The notes: generated by a model not told the origin, from the sequence alone. 64,000 nucleotides of DNA from an uncultured virus (IMG/VR IMGVR_UViG_3300031525_000003) (IMGVR_UViG_3300031525_000003), one strand, 5' to 3'. Counted from the stretch's first letter, positions 1 through 11,707 are shown. Program-made: numbers and translations.

Positions 1-3000
1 GGCGGCTGACGGCGAAGGACAGAACAACCGGCGCGCGTATGCGCACGAGGAGGTGGCCGATGCTTGGCACGTGTGACGTCTGCGGTACCGCACTTACAGT
101 TCAGAACAGCGAAGCCCATGGGCGCGCTCAGCGAGTGATCGTGCGACACGTGCCTGGCAACTGCGCCCAGGTGCTCTACGCCAAGCTCACGAAGGCGGAG
201 GCCGCGCTCGTCGAAATCCGCGACGGGTACATGCTCCACTGCACGTGGACGAACGACGATGGCCCCGGACCTTACACCTGCGCGGAGCGTGGTGAGAAAG
301 ACCTCTGCGCCTACTGCATCGCTGTGAATGTGATCGGACCTAAGCGCTAACACGCGCGTATTCGCGTGCGCGCGAGGAAAGACGAGATGACGTCAAGCGG
401 CGTGTTCGTGGTGGTGGACCGGATTGGCGAGGTGATGGGTCCGTTCACCCGAGAGCAGGCCGACGAGTACGCGGAGCTATGGGACCGGGACTGCCCTGAC
501 GAAGCTCCGCACGTTGTGAAGACGCGCGAGGAAGCGAATGGATTGATCGGAGCGCGTGCGCGGCACCGATGATGGCGCTGCGCGCGCCGGATCAGGACAC
601 GAAGGAAACGGAAGGAGACGAGGGACGATGAGCCGCGGTGTGAACGGATACGAAGGCAAGTCGGGAAGTGGTGGGTCGCGTCCGGGTCGGCACTACTACA
701 AGATGCCGTGCCGTAAGTGTGGCAGAGAGGTGCCTCGAAACGTGCTGCCTCAACACGAGAGGCGCTGTCAAGGCGTGGTGGTAGAGAAAAAGTGATGGGG
801 ACCCCGGAGCCTTGCGAGAAGTGCCACGGCGACAAGCGATACACCGGGCGGAAGCGCGGGTGCGTCTGCATCAAGCCGCCACCCGAGCTGTTCCTGCTCA
901 TCTTCCCGTGCGGCGCGTACCGTTGCGTCCGCACGCGCGAGGGCGCCGTCTCGGAGGGACAGCGGATGGCAAACGACCGGGTGTGCTGCGAGAGAGGACA
1001 CGACTCGTTCGAGGTGCACATCTACCAGCCGTACCCGCCTGGGCGGTCCTGTACGGCCTTCCGCGGGCCGGTGCGTGGTGGCCTCCGGCTGGCATGAGCA
1101 AAACGAGCAAAAACGTGCGCGCTGTGCAGCACGACACGCACGAAACGGAAGGAGTCAAGGGACCATGTGGACGATAGAGCGGCGGCACGAGTCAGGTGGG
1201 GCCAGGGCAACGCGGTGGGTGCCGGTGCCCGGCCGGGTGTTCGGGACGCAGGAGGAGGCCGCCAGGGCGGTGCGCGAGGCCGTCCAGGGGCAGCTCCGGC
1301 AGGGTGACGACGGGAGGGGACGGACCGATAGGTTCCGCGTCGTGCCGGTCGTTGAGACGTGCGCGGTGATGCAGTGAGCGAGTCGCGGGCCGATCAGGTG
1401 ACGCGGTTGCAACTCATGGCTGGGGGCGACCCGAAGTACGACCTTTCTCCGAACGACCGGGCTGCCATCGGGATGGCGCTCGACGCGCTGAAGGACGCCT
1501 GTCCACATTGCGGGCGTCGCAGCGACGAGGCGAAGAAAACCGAGGCAGAGCGCGCGCTCGACCACTTTCTGTCCGGGGCGCCCATGCGCGACTTTGAGGG
1601 ATGAGCCTCACGTGCAAGGTGGTGGTGCGCGGGGTCACATGCGGACGCGCGATCCCATGCCAGGCCCACTATGAACCGGGCGCGATACCGCGCTGCCCGC
1701 GATGCCGTGACACGAAATGCTGTGGCGCCTCCGACCAGGAGCGCATCGAGGGGCTCATCCTGGCCCTCGGTCAGATCGCCCGCATCGGCTACGACGCCAC
1801 GGGTCTCGTCGAGGCGCGCGAGGCGCTGGACAAGTGCGTGGCCATCGCGCGGAAGGCGATCCTCAGGTGACTCTCATGCGCGCGACGACAAAACAGGAGG
1901 GATGACGATGGACGTGTCGGAGTGTGTTCACAACTGGGTTGACGAGATGACCGGACACGCGGCCTGCTCGCACTGCGGCCTCGCTCGCCGATGGCAAACG
2001 TTGTACGAGCAGACCATCATCACCCGCGATGAGGCGTACCAATACATCGTCGATTACGGCGGCCGGGTAGCGCATAACTACAAGACATGCCCCTCGTGCA
2101 ACCTCAAGGTCAAAGAGGGCCCGATGTGCCTCTATCACCGCGCACGCATCGCCCTGGATAGCTCGGAGGTTGCGGCGGCGAAAACGGCGGAATTGGCGTT
2201 CAATGAGAGTCTTGCCAACGGTCGTGGCGACCGATGATCGCCGCTCTCTAGACTGGACCGTGTGGGGCAATCAGGCTCCGGCACAGTGATCACAATGCGC
2301 GCTTTGGATCTTGAGAGGCGTCTACACGGAGGCGAGGAGTGACATGGGACCACACAACGCGACCGCGGGGCTCGGGGACGAGCCGGAGGAGAAGAAGTGA
2401 GGCGCCCGAGGGCGAACCGGAACCCGCTGCGCTTGATCGTCAGCACTCGCGCGAACGAGTACGGCGCCATCCTCGAAGTGCTGGAGTGCGGTCACGAGCA
2501 GCACCAGAAGCACGACCACATTGGGCCGACGAACGCCTACCGACGACGGTGCCGGAGGTGTGCAACAGTGACCACTGACTCAACGAAGGGCGCATGAGCG
2601 TGCGCGCTTTGCGGCACGCGAAGAAGGGGTGGTGACGACGTGGACGAATCAAGACGACTGGCGATACGGCGAGCCCACACGAAGCATCGAGACTGCTGCA
2701 CGTGCGGCATGGTCGTCCACGGGAACGGTGGCCGGTACGTCCACACGGAGATGCACAAGCGCCGGAAGGACGGGCACCACGCCGTGACGTGGACGATCTG
2801 GCCCCACATGTTCCCAGGACACGATGGTCGCAAGCCGCGCGCTGCCGTGATGACGGTGGAGGAGGCTGTAGCGGCAGAGGAGGCGGCGTGCGAGGCGCGG
2901 CGCCAATCACGACAGGAAAAGAGCGTGTGACATGCGCGCAAGGCAACAGAAGGAGATGGGTATGGCTGGCAAGAGAGACGGGTGTCCGTTCCCGGCGTGC

Positions 3001-3736
3001 ATGGGTGGCTGCCACGTGTGCATGCAGGTGAAGAAACAGAAGCGTGAGCGTCCGTTGTTCGAGGCGGCGTGCAACGTCCTTGCGCGGCGCGACCTCGACG
3101 TCGCCACGCGTATGGTCGCGGAGTACGTGCGGGAGCGGACAAGACCGAGGGTCAACGAGGCTACAGGACGGTGGCTGTCCGAGGACGTCGCCCAGTACCG
3201 TGCCAAACTAACTTGACGTGCGCGATTGCGCGCCGGAGGGCAACATGAACCGCAAAAGGCCACAGGTAGCCGGTTCCTACGTCACGACGCCGATGGCGGC
3301 GAACATGATCCAGTTGTTGGGGCTCGGAGCCTTGGCTGGGGGAGTTGCTCTAAGCCGCGACGAGACGGCGGCCATCGCCAAAGTCTACGGGTTCGAGCCG
3401 GAGCAGCCTAGCGAACGCCCGCCGAAGCCAGAACGCGAACCGGATCCCGAGGGAACGACCCCATGGGACCGACGTGACCGCGATGCCAAGCACAACGCGC
3501 GAGTAGCGGCGTGGGAAAGCTGGATGGACCCGCGCGCGCTTCTCCAAGCAGGAGCGGACCGCAACATGATCCGCCATGCGGAGCACGACGGCCTACGGCT
3601 CATTGCGTGGCTGGCCAGGCACGTGCCTGCCGGCGAAGACCCGCTCAAGTCTCTGGTGCTCGCCGCCGTCGACGCTGGCTGGGACGTGTCGCCTGAAGAC
3701 GCCTCCTGGGCTGGGGCCTGAGGCCTGGCGGCCGAG

Positions 3737-3776
3737 TTGCGCGACACGTGCGCGCGTGTTATACCGTCTGTCAGAC
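3737..3776 (+). promoter_or_regulatory. sigma70-like promoter with operator GTTATAC-N5-GTCAGAC
   Basis: TTGCGC-17-TATACC; operator 3758-3776 ends at ATG 3777. Confidence 0.65.
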
Positions 3777-4525
3777 ATGCCTAATAAGCAGCCGTTCTAT
3801 CACGTGATGAACGTTCTCTTCACCGCGACCGAGGATCTCTCCGAGGAGATGAACGAGCCGACGTTCCGCGAGGCTCTGGAGGCGTTCTTGAAGAAGCACG
3901 TCGGCGGCCGCGTCATCGTCAAGGAGTCCGTTCAGTTCGACACCCCCGTCAACGCCGAGCCAGGCGACCCCGCCGACCTCGTGTGAGCCAGGAGTCACTC
4001 GTGCCCATCACCGACAACGACCGCGAGATCGCCAAGAACTTCTGCGACCTGCTCGGGTGCACAACGGTGCATCTCCTCCGTGACGAGCTACCGCAGCTCG
4101 TCGCCACCGTGCGCGAGGCAGAGCAAGCTCGATGCATCACGGTCGTCGAGACCGAGGTCTTCCACACGAAGGCCTCCATCGTGCGACGCATCCGCGAGAC
4201 GGACCACGAGTCCGTAGCAAAGGCGACCGTGCCGTCATGAATACGTTGCCCGAGGACGACGAGGACGAGCTGGCCGAAGACCAGGACGACGGCGACGTCG
4301 ATCACGACTGCGACGATGACAGTGAGATCCAGTTCGCCAATCCGGGTGGACGCTCCGCGCTCCGCGCCGAAACGCCCGACAACCCGCGCAACCTGCCGTG
4401 CCCGACCTGCCACCGCCGCGACATGCTCACGCCGGCCGACGTCGCCCAAGGCTACCAGTGCGACCGCTGCGCCGACGTCGCCGAAGGTTGATCCACGAGT
4501 ACTAGGAGCTATCCCCGACCCCCCC

Positions 4526-5050
4526 ATGCCCAAGAAGATCCCCGTTCCCGTTCGGTTCACCGGCGACCCCGCCTCGACGACGCTGCTGGATGCCTCCACG
4601 TGGGTGCAGGAGCGCGTCCGACGCGGCGCCGTGTGTCCATGCTGCGACCAGCTGGCCAAGCTCTACAAGCGCAAGCTCAACTCCTCGATGGCCTACGCAC
4701 TGATCCTCATCCGGCGCGCCTTCCTCACCCAGACCGACTGGCTTCACGTCCCCGAGTACCTCACCAAGGTCTGCAAGACCGGCGCGACCGTGCGGGGCGG
4801 CGACTGGGGCAAGCTCGTTCACTGGAAGCTCATCGTCGCCAAGGATGACGAGGTCCGCGGCGACGGCTCCAAACGGGTGGGCTTCTACAAGATCACCGAT
4901 CTGGGGATCTCCTTCGTCGACAAGCGCGTCGCCGTTCCCAAGTACGCCTTCCTCTACGCCCAGAAGTGCGTGCGCATGAGCGAAGACACCACCACCATCG
5001 ACGAGGCGCTGGGCGACCGGTTCAACTACGGCGACCTGATGTCGGCGTAG
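4526..5050 (+). CDS. Phage hypothetical protein, CPCC Zn site plus possible winged helix
   Basis: GAVCPCCDQLAKLYKRKLNSSM...GDWGKLVHWKLI...FYKITDLG. Confidence 0.6.
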   Translation: MPKKIPVPVRFTGDPASTTLLDASTWVQERVRRGAVCPCCDQLAKLYKRKLNSSMAYALILIRRAFLTQTDWLHVPEYLTKVCKTGATVRGGDWGKLVHWKLIVAKDDEVRGDGSKRVGFYKITDLGISFVDKRVAVPKYAFLYAQKCVRMSEDTTTIDEALGDRFNYGDLMSA

Positions 5051-5383
5051 CCAAGGAGCCCCATGAACCACGACCTTGCTGTAGCCAGTTCCCTGTTCGC
5101 ATCCATCGCGCTTCGCGCGTTGGCCGATCTCGATCCGACCGAGTACCGCCAGGCGTGTGACGCCTCTCGTTCGACGCTCGACAGACGCATCCAACACGAC
5201 CTCGATAACGTCGCCGACACGAAGGAGCGCACCAAAGCCGCCTGGGAGCACGGCGTCCGGCGCGATGGCGTCGACTGGTACGAGAACGGGGACGCGAACA
5301 CGTACGACAACCTCATGCAACTCGCGGTGCTCGGCGAAATCCGGTACTGCTGACACAACTCAGACCAACACAAGGAGAGCAAA

Positions 5384-5848
5384 ATGAAGCATCTGCCGTT
5401 CGCGTTAGTGGCAGCACTCCTCTGTCTTACGACAATGGCCAACGGGCAACACACGTGGGACTTCCCGACGTTCGACAACGCCGATAGTGGCGGAGAGAAG
5501 CTGGTTCGCTGTTACCATAGCGGCGACACACACGTCACCACTAGCGCCAACATCAACCAGTCGGCCGTCAGTCTGCAAGAGATTGGTTGCATACTAGAGG
5601 TTGCCCCCGACGAAGACGGAAAAGTCTTCACTGGCAGTAGCTTCAAGTACGGCTCGGTCACCACTACATATCGCGGGCAAATTCTCCATCAGGTTTACAC
5701 GATGAACGTGGACCTCTACATGAAGTTTTCTTGCTCAAAACTACCCAACAAGAAAGCGGTAGTGCACCAATACAACGTCGCCGTTGTGACGAGCGACGGC
5801 TTCCCGCCAGATTCATGTTTGTACGACACATGGGGACTTACCAAGTAG
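5384..5848 (+). CDS. Secreted protein with signal peptide, lower GC
   Basis: MKHLPFALVAALLCLTTMANG signal peptide; AAGGAG RBS; many A/T third codon positions. Confidence 0.65.
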   Translation: MKHLPFALVAALLCLTTMANGQHTWDFPTFDNADSGGEKLVRCYHSGDTHVTTSANINQSAVSLQEIGCILEVAPDEDGKVFTGSSFKYGSVTTTYRGQILHQVYTMNVDLYMKFSCSKLPNKKAVVHQYNVAVVTSDGFPPDSCLYDTWGLTK

Positions 5849-6081
5849 GCCAGAGGCCCCAACCGCTCGCCTCCAGGAAGTCTGCTCAGCCGCCAGAACC
5901 CACGCGTCCAGCCTCGCGCTGGCCGCATGTCGAGAGTGAGCCACGCCATGATGAGCGACAGGATGATGGACCAAACGGAAGCCATGGGCGCCAAGGCCGC
6001 CATCGCGGGCGCACCACGCGACGCCAGGCTGGAACGAGACCACAGCGAGGCCAGCGAACGGCTGGCGAGAACGGTGACGCC

Positions 6082-7464
6082 GTGACCACCGAGCAGAACG
6101 CAAGGACGCGACTGGAAGACATGCTGCAGCACGTTGTCGACCTTCAAACCCACGTCGAACCGCTCGCGGACGCCATCCGCGGCTACGTTCTGGCCATCGC
6201 AGAGCCGCGTGCACAGCAGGGCGCCTACGGCTGCTCCGCGTGCCGAGACCGGCATGGCTACGTCGTCAATCCGGGCAACCACTGGGTGCCGTGCAAGCAC
6301 TGCCGGAAGGATGGCGCACGTCCCGGTGAAGGCGTCACCGCGCTACCGGCTGGCGCTGCAACGGAGGAACCCGATTGCTTCGTCGTGGTCGACCCGGTCC
6401 AGCGTGTCACCGGGGCCAGCTATCCGTTCGTCGCGGGGCGCTACGTGCACGAATCGCGATGGGAGTTGATGCGCGACACGGCGGCCGCCGAGGCCCAGCG
6501 CGGAAACGAAGCGATCGAGCGCGCAGCGTCCTTCAGGGTCACTGCAGGGCAGGAGTGGAACAGGGCCGATGCCGCCGTCAAGGAGACCGAGGCCCTGCGC
6601 GCGAAGGTGCTTGAGGTAGAGACGCAACGGGACGACGAGGCCGCAGAGGTCATCAAGCTCCGCGGTGCTCTCCTTCGCACGTGCCTGTGGGGCGTGTGGT
6701 TCGAGCCAGGCCCGCATCAGGTACGTCAGGGCATCTACACGGGGGGTGGCCGCTGGGTAAATGCCGAAGGGATCCCCGTGGCGTTCTCGGAGGAGCAGGC
6801 CCGGATCGTGGTCGCGCTCTGCGATCGCATCGCCAGCAACGAACAAGGACGCTACGAGGCCCGCACACTGCCCGTCGCCACCGCGCCGACCGGCGACCCA
6901 CCGCTCATGCACACGCACATCGTCGTGCCCACGATCGACCCGAACACCTACCGCTGTCGCACGTGTGGCGCGGATGTTCCCGCACCGAAACCGACGACCA
7001 ACGAATCGAAACCGCTCACCGACGCCGAGGAGAGCGCGCTACGCGAGGAGTACGGCAACCCCAACGCGCATCACCGCGTGACGGACCGGCGGGACATCTG
7101 CGGGCTTCTGGCAACGCTGGACGCCACCCGTACCGAGCTGCGGTACACGGTGGACGATCGAGAGAAGTACCGCGGTCATCTCCAGGCCATGCTCAAACGC
7201 GCGGAGCGGATGCCTAAGGTCCGCGCCGAATCCACCCGGAACGGGGTGATGCTGATCATCCACGAGCTTCGGAGGCTTGGGCTCGTTAGCGACGAGCGTC
7301 TGGACGAACTCCAGGCCGTCGCCTCCGGTGCGATCGAGAAGGACGAAATGGGACGCGCGCGCGTCGCCTGCGCCGTGTGCTGGCTCACGCTGGCCGAGTG
7401 CGAGTCGATGTCGCCACCGTGCCCTGGACACTCCGAGCGCCAGGCGACCAAGGGAGCCACCTGA
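6082..7464 (+). CDS. Mosaic phage protein (Zn ribbons plus coiled coils)
   Basis: Long ORF with CSAC/CKHC, CRTC, CAVC motifs; coupled to neighbours. Confidence 0.6.
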   Translation: MTTEQNARTRLEDMLQHVVDLQTHVEPLADAIRGYVLAIAEPRAQQGAYGCSACRDRHGYVVNPGNHWVPCKHCRKDGARPGEGVTALPAGAATEEPDCFVVVDPVQRVTGASYPFVAGRYVHESRWELMRDTAAAEAQRGNEAIERAASFRVTAGQEWNRADAAVKETEALRAKVLEVETQRDDEAAEVIKLRGALLRTCLWGVWFEPGPHQVRQGIYTGGGRWVNAEGIPVAFSEEQARIVVALCDRIASNEQGRYEARTLPVATAPTGDPPLMHTHIVVPTIDPNTYRCRTCGADVPAPKPTTNESKPLTDAEESALREEYGNPNAHHRVTDRRDICGLLATLDATRTELRYTVDDREKYRGHLQAMLKRAERMPKVRAESTRNGVMLIIHELRRLGLVSDERLDELQAVASGAIEKDEMGRARVACAVCWLTLAECESMSPPCPGHSERQATKGAT

Positions 7465-8526
7465 TGGCGCGCATGGACATCCAGGAACGCATGGAGAAGG
7501 TCGTGGAGGCCCTCCGTGGCATGTGCGGGCCTCTGGCGCTCGACATCGAGCGCGAATGCAAGGACGATTGGGCGCGCGACTACGCCATCATCGTCGTGCA
7601 CATCGCCGAGCCGGACGACAACCTACGCGATTCGATCGACATCGACCGCGTCCACACGAACATCACAGAGATGGTCCTGAAGACCGTCGGACGGACGGCG
7701 TTCTTCGTGCGCGGGCTCGGCAAGGCGCCTCGCGATGGCCAGTCCGTCGTCGTTCGACGCCAGCAGCTCAGCGACTGGACGATGGAGTTTGAGGTCTACC
7801 GCACGGGCGTCGAACGCAACAATCCCAAGCTAGGGGCCGCCCTGGGCGGCAAGCTCCTCAAGCAGTTCGTCCTCGTCCACGATCCGGATGCCTCTCCGAA
7901 GAGCTACTGGACCGGCACGCGCTGGGCCAAGGACGCCACCAAGGCCAAGCCCTACACGGGCCACAACGGCGAGGGGGACGTGCGGAAGGTCCGGGCACGT
8001 GGATTCTCGAAGGCGGCGCTTGTGCTTCGCCACGAGCCCGACACCAGCACGTCGTGCACTTCCTGACGCAAAGTCGCTCCGGCGCTCACCTGCCTGGCGA
8101 ACAGGTCGTCGGGAAACCTCGCGCCTGCGTCATGGTACGCGTCGAGAAGACGCGCTCTCCCTGCACACTCCGCATCCAGGACGGGATCCACGTGATGAAA
8201 CCGGACGCGCACATCGCCCCGCTGCCGGATGGAACCGTCGTCCTCCACGTCGACGGCTCTGTCTGCGAACCGACCGGCCGTTTCTACGTCACGACCGAGT
8301 CGTTCGATCCGATGCACATGCTCACCGACATCTTCTGAGCCACTCGGATCGAGTCGATACGTAGCGACACGTCTCGACACAGACGCGCTCGTCAACGGCC
8401 ATCCGAGTGTGCTTGGATGCTCTTCGCGCTCCCCGGGCTCGCGTCCTATGGTGCGCTGGGGAGATCCCGCGACGACGTCATCGTTCGTCCATGAAACAGC
8501 CGCGAGCCCCGGGAGAGCGCGCCTCG

Positions 8527-9282
8527 TCAGCCGTCGAGATCGACCTCGCGCACCGAGACGATGGCCCTTGGATCCCAGATCACCATCTCGGGGTTGGTCG
8601 ACATACCGGCCCGGGTGAACGCTCCCGCCACCTTCCCTCGGCGCAGCGTCCGGAGGAGCGCGTGGTCCGGATGGCTGCGACTCACCTGCGCGAACTGACC
8701 CTGCACGCGCACTTCCAGCAGCCTGGGCTTGCGGCCCGGAGCAATGCCGATCTCCGCCAGGTACTCGGGCTGCCAGAACTTCAGGTTGTACGGCTGGTTC
8801 GCGAACATCGTCAGGATCGACGGATCGTAGGTCCCGTCGGCCACGTACCCGAGATCGCGCACGCCACGCTCGTACTCGCTGCCCGACAACCACTTGCGGA
8901 CACGCAGCTCCTCGACGTCCTGTCGCAATCGCTGCAGGAGGCGCTCCTGCTCGCCCGCGCTCAGTCGTTTCAGAAAGTCCCACTTGCCGTGCGATCGGCT
9001 GATCCAGTACTGCGGGTTGCCGCTCACGTAGAGCCCCGGTCCAAGCTCCGACGAACGACCCCTCTCGCCATAAGCGGCCATCAGTCGACCGCGGCGCTTC
9101 ACCAGCGCGCTGACGGCCGCCGGATCGTCGGTCACGTGGTAGGTCACCAGCGCCTTGCCGTCCGAGTAGCCAACACCGGGGATGTCGTCGCCCTGCCGCA
9201 TCGCGGCCGTGTCGGCGATCCGAGTCAGATCCTCGTGCCCCAGTCGCTCGAATCGGGCGCTATGCGGACGCCTCCGGTTCAT
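8527..9282 (-). CDS. Putative ADP-ribosyltransferase-fold protein (H-Y-E type)
   Basis: TYHVT...LGPGLYVS...NPEMVIWDP. Confidence 0.55.
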   Translation of the reverse strand: MNRRRPHSARFERLGHEDLTRIADTAAMRQGDDIPGVGYSDGKALVTYHVTDDPAAVSALVKRRGRLMAAYGERGRSSELGPGLYVSGNPQYWISRSHGKWDFLKRLSAGEQERLLQRLRQDVEELRVRKWLSGSEYERGVRDLGYVADGTYDPSILTMFANQPYNLKFWQPEYLAEIGIAPGRKPRLLEVRVQGQFAQVSRSHPDHALLRTLRRGKVAGAFTRAGMSTNPEMVIWDPRAIVSVREVDLDG

Positions 9283-9313
9283 CGACTGAGCCTACAATAT
9301 TTCGACGAGCAGC

Positions 9314-9835
9314 GTGGATGGGCAGTGGTGGTACGCTTGCAGGATGGTCCAGCCTGCAATCCCGCCGACCGTGTCCGCCCGCAAGCCCAAGGCGAGCCTG
9401 CGCTCCCTGGCGGCCCTGCTGACCGCGATCACAGCCTGCATCGCGGCCATCACGGCCTTCATCCGGGCCAGCGACGAGTCGGTCACCAAGTCGAGCTACG
9501 ACACGCTCAGTCAGGGGATCGCCGTGGTCGACAACAAGTGCATGCATGACCGTGAAGATCTCATCAGCTTGCGTGCGTACGTGGACGGCTACCTGCACGC
9601 GCCCATGTCCGTTGCCGCGCCACCGGCTGCCGCCCAGAACCAGGCAGAGCAAGACGCCGCCGCGCCCATCGCCCCAGCCAAGCCGTTCGTGCCGACGACA
9701 CACGGCCCGCATCCGTTCGCGGGCGCCGCTCCGCCGCCTCCCGCTCCTCCTCCGCCCACGGCGTTCGCGGCGCCCTCCGCTCCCTGGAAAGCGCCCGACT
9801 TCGACACAATTCAGAGGAAGGCCCGAGGCGACTGA
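9314..9835 (+). CDS. Membrane-anchored Pro-rich protein
   Basis: Hydrophobic LAALLTAITACIAAITAFI, then helix and Pro/Ala tail; start uncertain. Confidence 0.55.
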   Translation: MDGQWWYACRMVQPAIPPTVSARKPKASLRSLAALLTAITACIAAITAFIRASDESVTKSSYDTLSQGIAVVDNKCMHDREDLISLRAYVDGYLHAPMSVAAPPAAAQNQAEQDAAAPIAPAKPFVPTTHGPHPFAGAAPPPPAPPPPTAFAAPSAPWKAPDFDTIQRKARGD

Positions 9836-9915
9836 ACAGGCATCGAACCCGAATCCGTGCTGGCAGACAGGTCCGCTCTTGACTGAACAGACATGCAGCT
9901 ACATCATGATGCCCC

Positions 9916-10254
9916 TTGAGACTGCCGAACGCCCCGCGCGCGATCATCGCTCGCGAGAAGCTGCGCGACTACCTGCTGTGGATTCAGCATCCGTTCGGTG
10001 GAGGTAAAGCGCCGGTTTTGATTCGTTTTGGCTACACACGTGCTGGTTGGCGTAGGTTGCAGGAGGACATTTTTGCAGAAGTGCAATCGCGCCCTACATC
10101 GCGGCCTGAAGCCACTGCTTATGGGAACAAATACGTGGTGTTGCTTGAGCTGCCTACGCCGTCTGGTCGAAAGCTCTCCGTCGTGTCAGTATGGCTTGTC
10201 CCCACAGGCGAGCGGCGGCCACGATTCGTGACCCTGTACCCACGGAGCGCCTAA
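9916..10254 (+). CDS. DUF6883-family putative toxin domain protein
   Basis: MRLPNA..AII.REKLRDYLL..HP.G..KA...GY...YG.KY...SVW...PRFVTLYP. Confidence 0.75.
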   Translation: MRLPNAPRAIIAREKLRDYLLWIQHPFGGGKAPVLIRFGYTRAGWRRLQEDIFAEVQSRPTSRPEATAYGNKYVVLLELPTPSGRKLSVVSVWLVPTGERRPRFVTLYPRSA

Positions 10255-10264
10255 GCGAAAACGG

Positions 10265-10483
10265 ATGCGACTTCTTGATGTTGTAGTGCTCACGAAGGAC
10301 GTCCCGAAACACGGGCTGCATGCCGGTGAATTCGGGACCATTGTCCACGTGTATCCTCGTAGCGCTGCCTTCGAAGTCGAGTTCATTGCGCCAACTGGGA
10401 AAACCAGGGCCGTGTTGACGCTCGAACGGCACATGGTGCGCGCGTCGCGCGATTCGGACGTGATGACACTACGTTCAGCGTAG
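10265..10483 (+). CDS. DUF4926-family protein (putative immunity/antitoxin partner)
   Basis: LLDVVVLTKDVP.HGL.AGEFGTIVHVY...FEVEF...G.T.AVLTL. Confidence 0.85.
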   Translation: MRLLDVVVLTKDVPKHGLHAGEFGTIVHVYPRSAAFEVEFIAPTGKTRAVLTLERHMVRASRDSDVMTLRSA

Positions 10484-10573
10484 CAACCGGACAAGACGGC
10501 TGCCGCGACGAGAGCTGGTCGAGAACTGGCGCCTCGCACACGGATCCGAGTAGGCTAGGCCAAGAGGTCGCAC

Positions 10574-11707
10574 ATGATTCTGGCAGTGCTCGTGGCAGGC
10601 GCGGTGGGGGCCTATCTCGGGGGGAAGGTCGGCCGCGTCGTCGGAATCGCGGAAGGCGCCGCCATTGGGCTCATCCCAGTGGCTTCGGACCCCTCCCTGG
10701 CCGCCGCCTACGAGGCCTCGCTGACCGCGCATGGCGTGCTGAAGTCACCGGAAGATCACGAGGGCTTCCAGGCCGCACTGGAGATGGCGCGACGGTATGG
10801 ACGCGGAGGTTTCGGAGGTTTCTTTTCGAAGCCGGAACACGTCGTCCCCGTTCTGGCGACAGATCTCGCAACCATGCTGCAGCTCTCGCCGGAGCAGCAG
10901 GACATTTTGCACCAGCACATCGCGCAGGTCCCCGCGGGAGGTCGCGTGCCGTGGCAAGCCGAGGACATGATCCGGGATCTGCAGCTCAGCCCTCAGCAGG
11001 CTGACGCGCTTCGTGGCATGGACCACCCGCAGGCCGCAGCGGCTGCAGGCGCTCTTTGGACGGAGCACGGGTATCGTCTCGGAGAAGATCCGACGGCCGT
11101 GCCGCCCATCTACACGGCCTACGACGCGCAGCCTTCGGCGGAGGACATTCCGTCGCCGTCCAAGGCGTTCTCGTTTTCGCTGCCTCCCCAGAAGCTAGAC
11201 GCCGTCCGCTCGGGCAACACGGGGATGAACCAGGCCATCAGCACACTGCTCACCATCGGCGTCATGCCGCGGTGGGTCCTCCAAACGGCCAACAGGTTCG
11301 TCCAGGCGCACGTCTCGCCTGGCGCGCCCGTGTCTCCCATCCACACGGCGTACGACACCCACGATCCCTCCGCCGAGGACAGTCCATCGCCATCCAAGGC
11401 GTTCTCGTTTTCGCTTCCGCCCGATCAGCTCGCCTCCGTTGCCGCCGCCAACACGGCAATGCACCAGGCCATCGACACCCTGCTCAGCACCGGCGTGAAG
11501 CCTCGGTGGGTCCTTCAGACCGCCAACCGGTTCGTTCACGCCCACATGCTGGCGGCCGCACAGACGCACACGCCCGCAGCAACCGCAGGCGCTCTCTGGA
11601 CGCAACACGGATCTCGCCCATTCTACCCCGGAGCGGCAGTCGGCGCGCTCTGGACCCATCACGGCTACGGCCCCGTCTACGACGGGTACTTCGGGCCCGG
11701 CCGGTAA
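10574..11707 (+). CDS. N-terminally membrane-anchored protein with internal duplications
   Basis: N-terminal TM; two ~70-aa repeats; three GALWTxHG motifs. Confidence 0.75.
   Translation: MILAVLVAGAVGAYLGGKVGRVVGIAEGAAIGLIPVASDPSLAAAYEASLTAHGVLKSPEDHEGFQAALEMARRYGRGGFGGFFSKPEHVVPVLATDLATMLQLSPEQQDILHQHIAQVPAGGRVPWQAEDMIRDLQLSPQQADALRGMDHPQAAAAAGALWTEHGYRLGEDPTAVPPIYTAYDAQPSAEDIPSPSKAFSFSLPPQKLDAVRSGNTGMNQAISTLLTIGVMPRWVLQTANRFVQAHVSPGAPVSPIHTAYDTHDPSAEDSPSPSKAFSFSLPPDQLASVAAANTAMHQAIDTLLSTGVKPRWVLQTANRFVHAHMLAAAQTHTPAATAGALWTQHGSRPFYPGAAVGALWTHHGYGPVYDGYFGPGR

Larger units (their letters stand above)
39..8338 (+). other. Run of about 22 short, co-directional, often stop/start-overlapping phage-like hypothetical genes, many with CxxC Zn-ribbons (e.g. 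39-350, 387-572, 628-795, 795-1097, 1165-1377, 1374-1604, 1601-1870, 1902-2237, 2397-2597, 2640-2930, 2932-3216, 3245-3721, 3777-3986, 3983-4240, 4237-4491, 5063-5353, 7464-8066, 8054-8338)
   Basis: ATGA/TGATG/GTGA coupling, GGAG-type RBSs, repeated CxxC pairs; typical of a viral early/accessory region. Confidence 0.7.
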
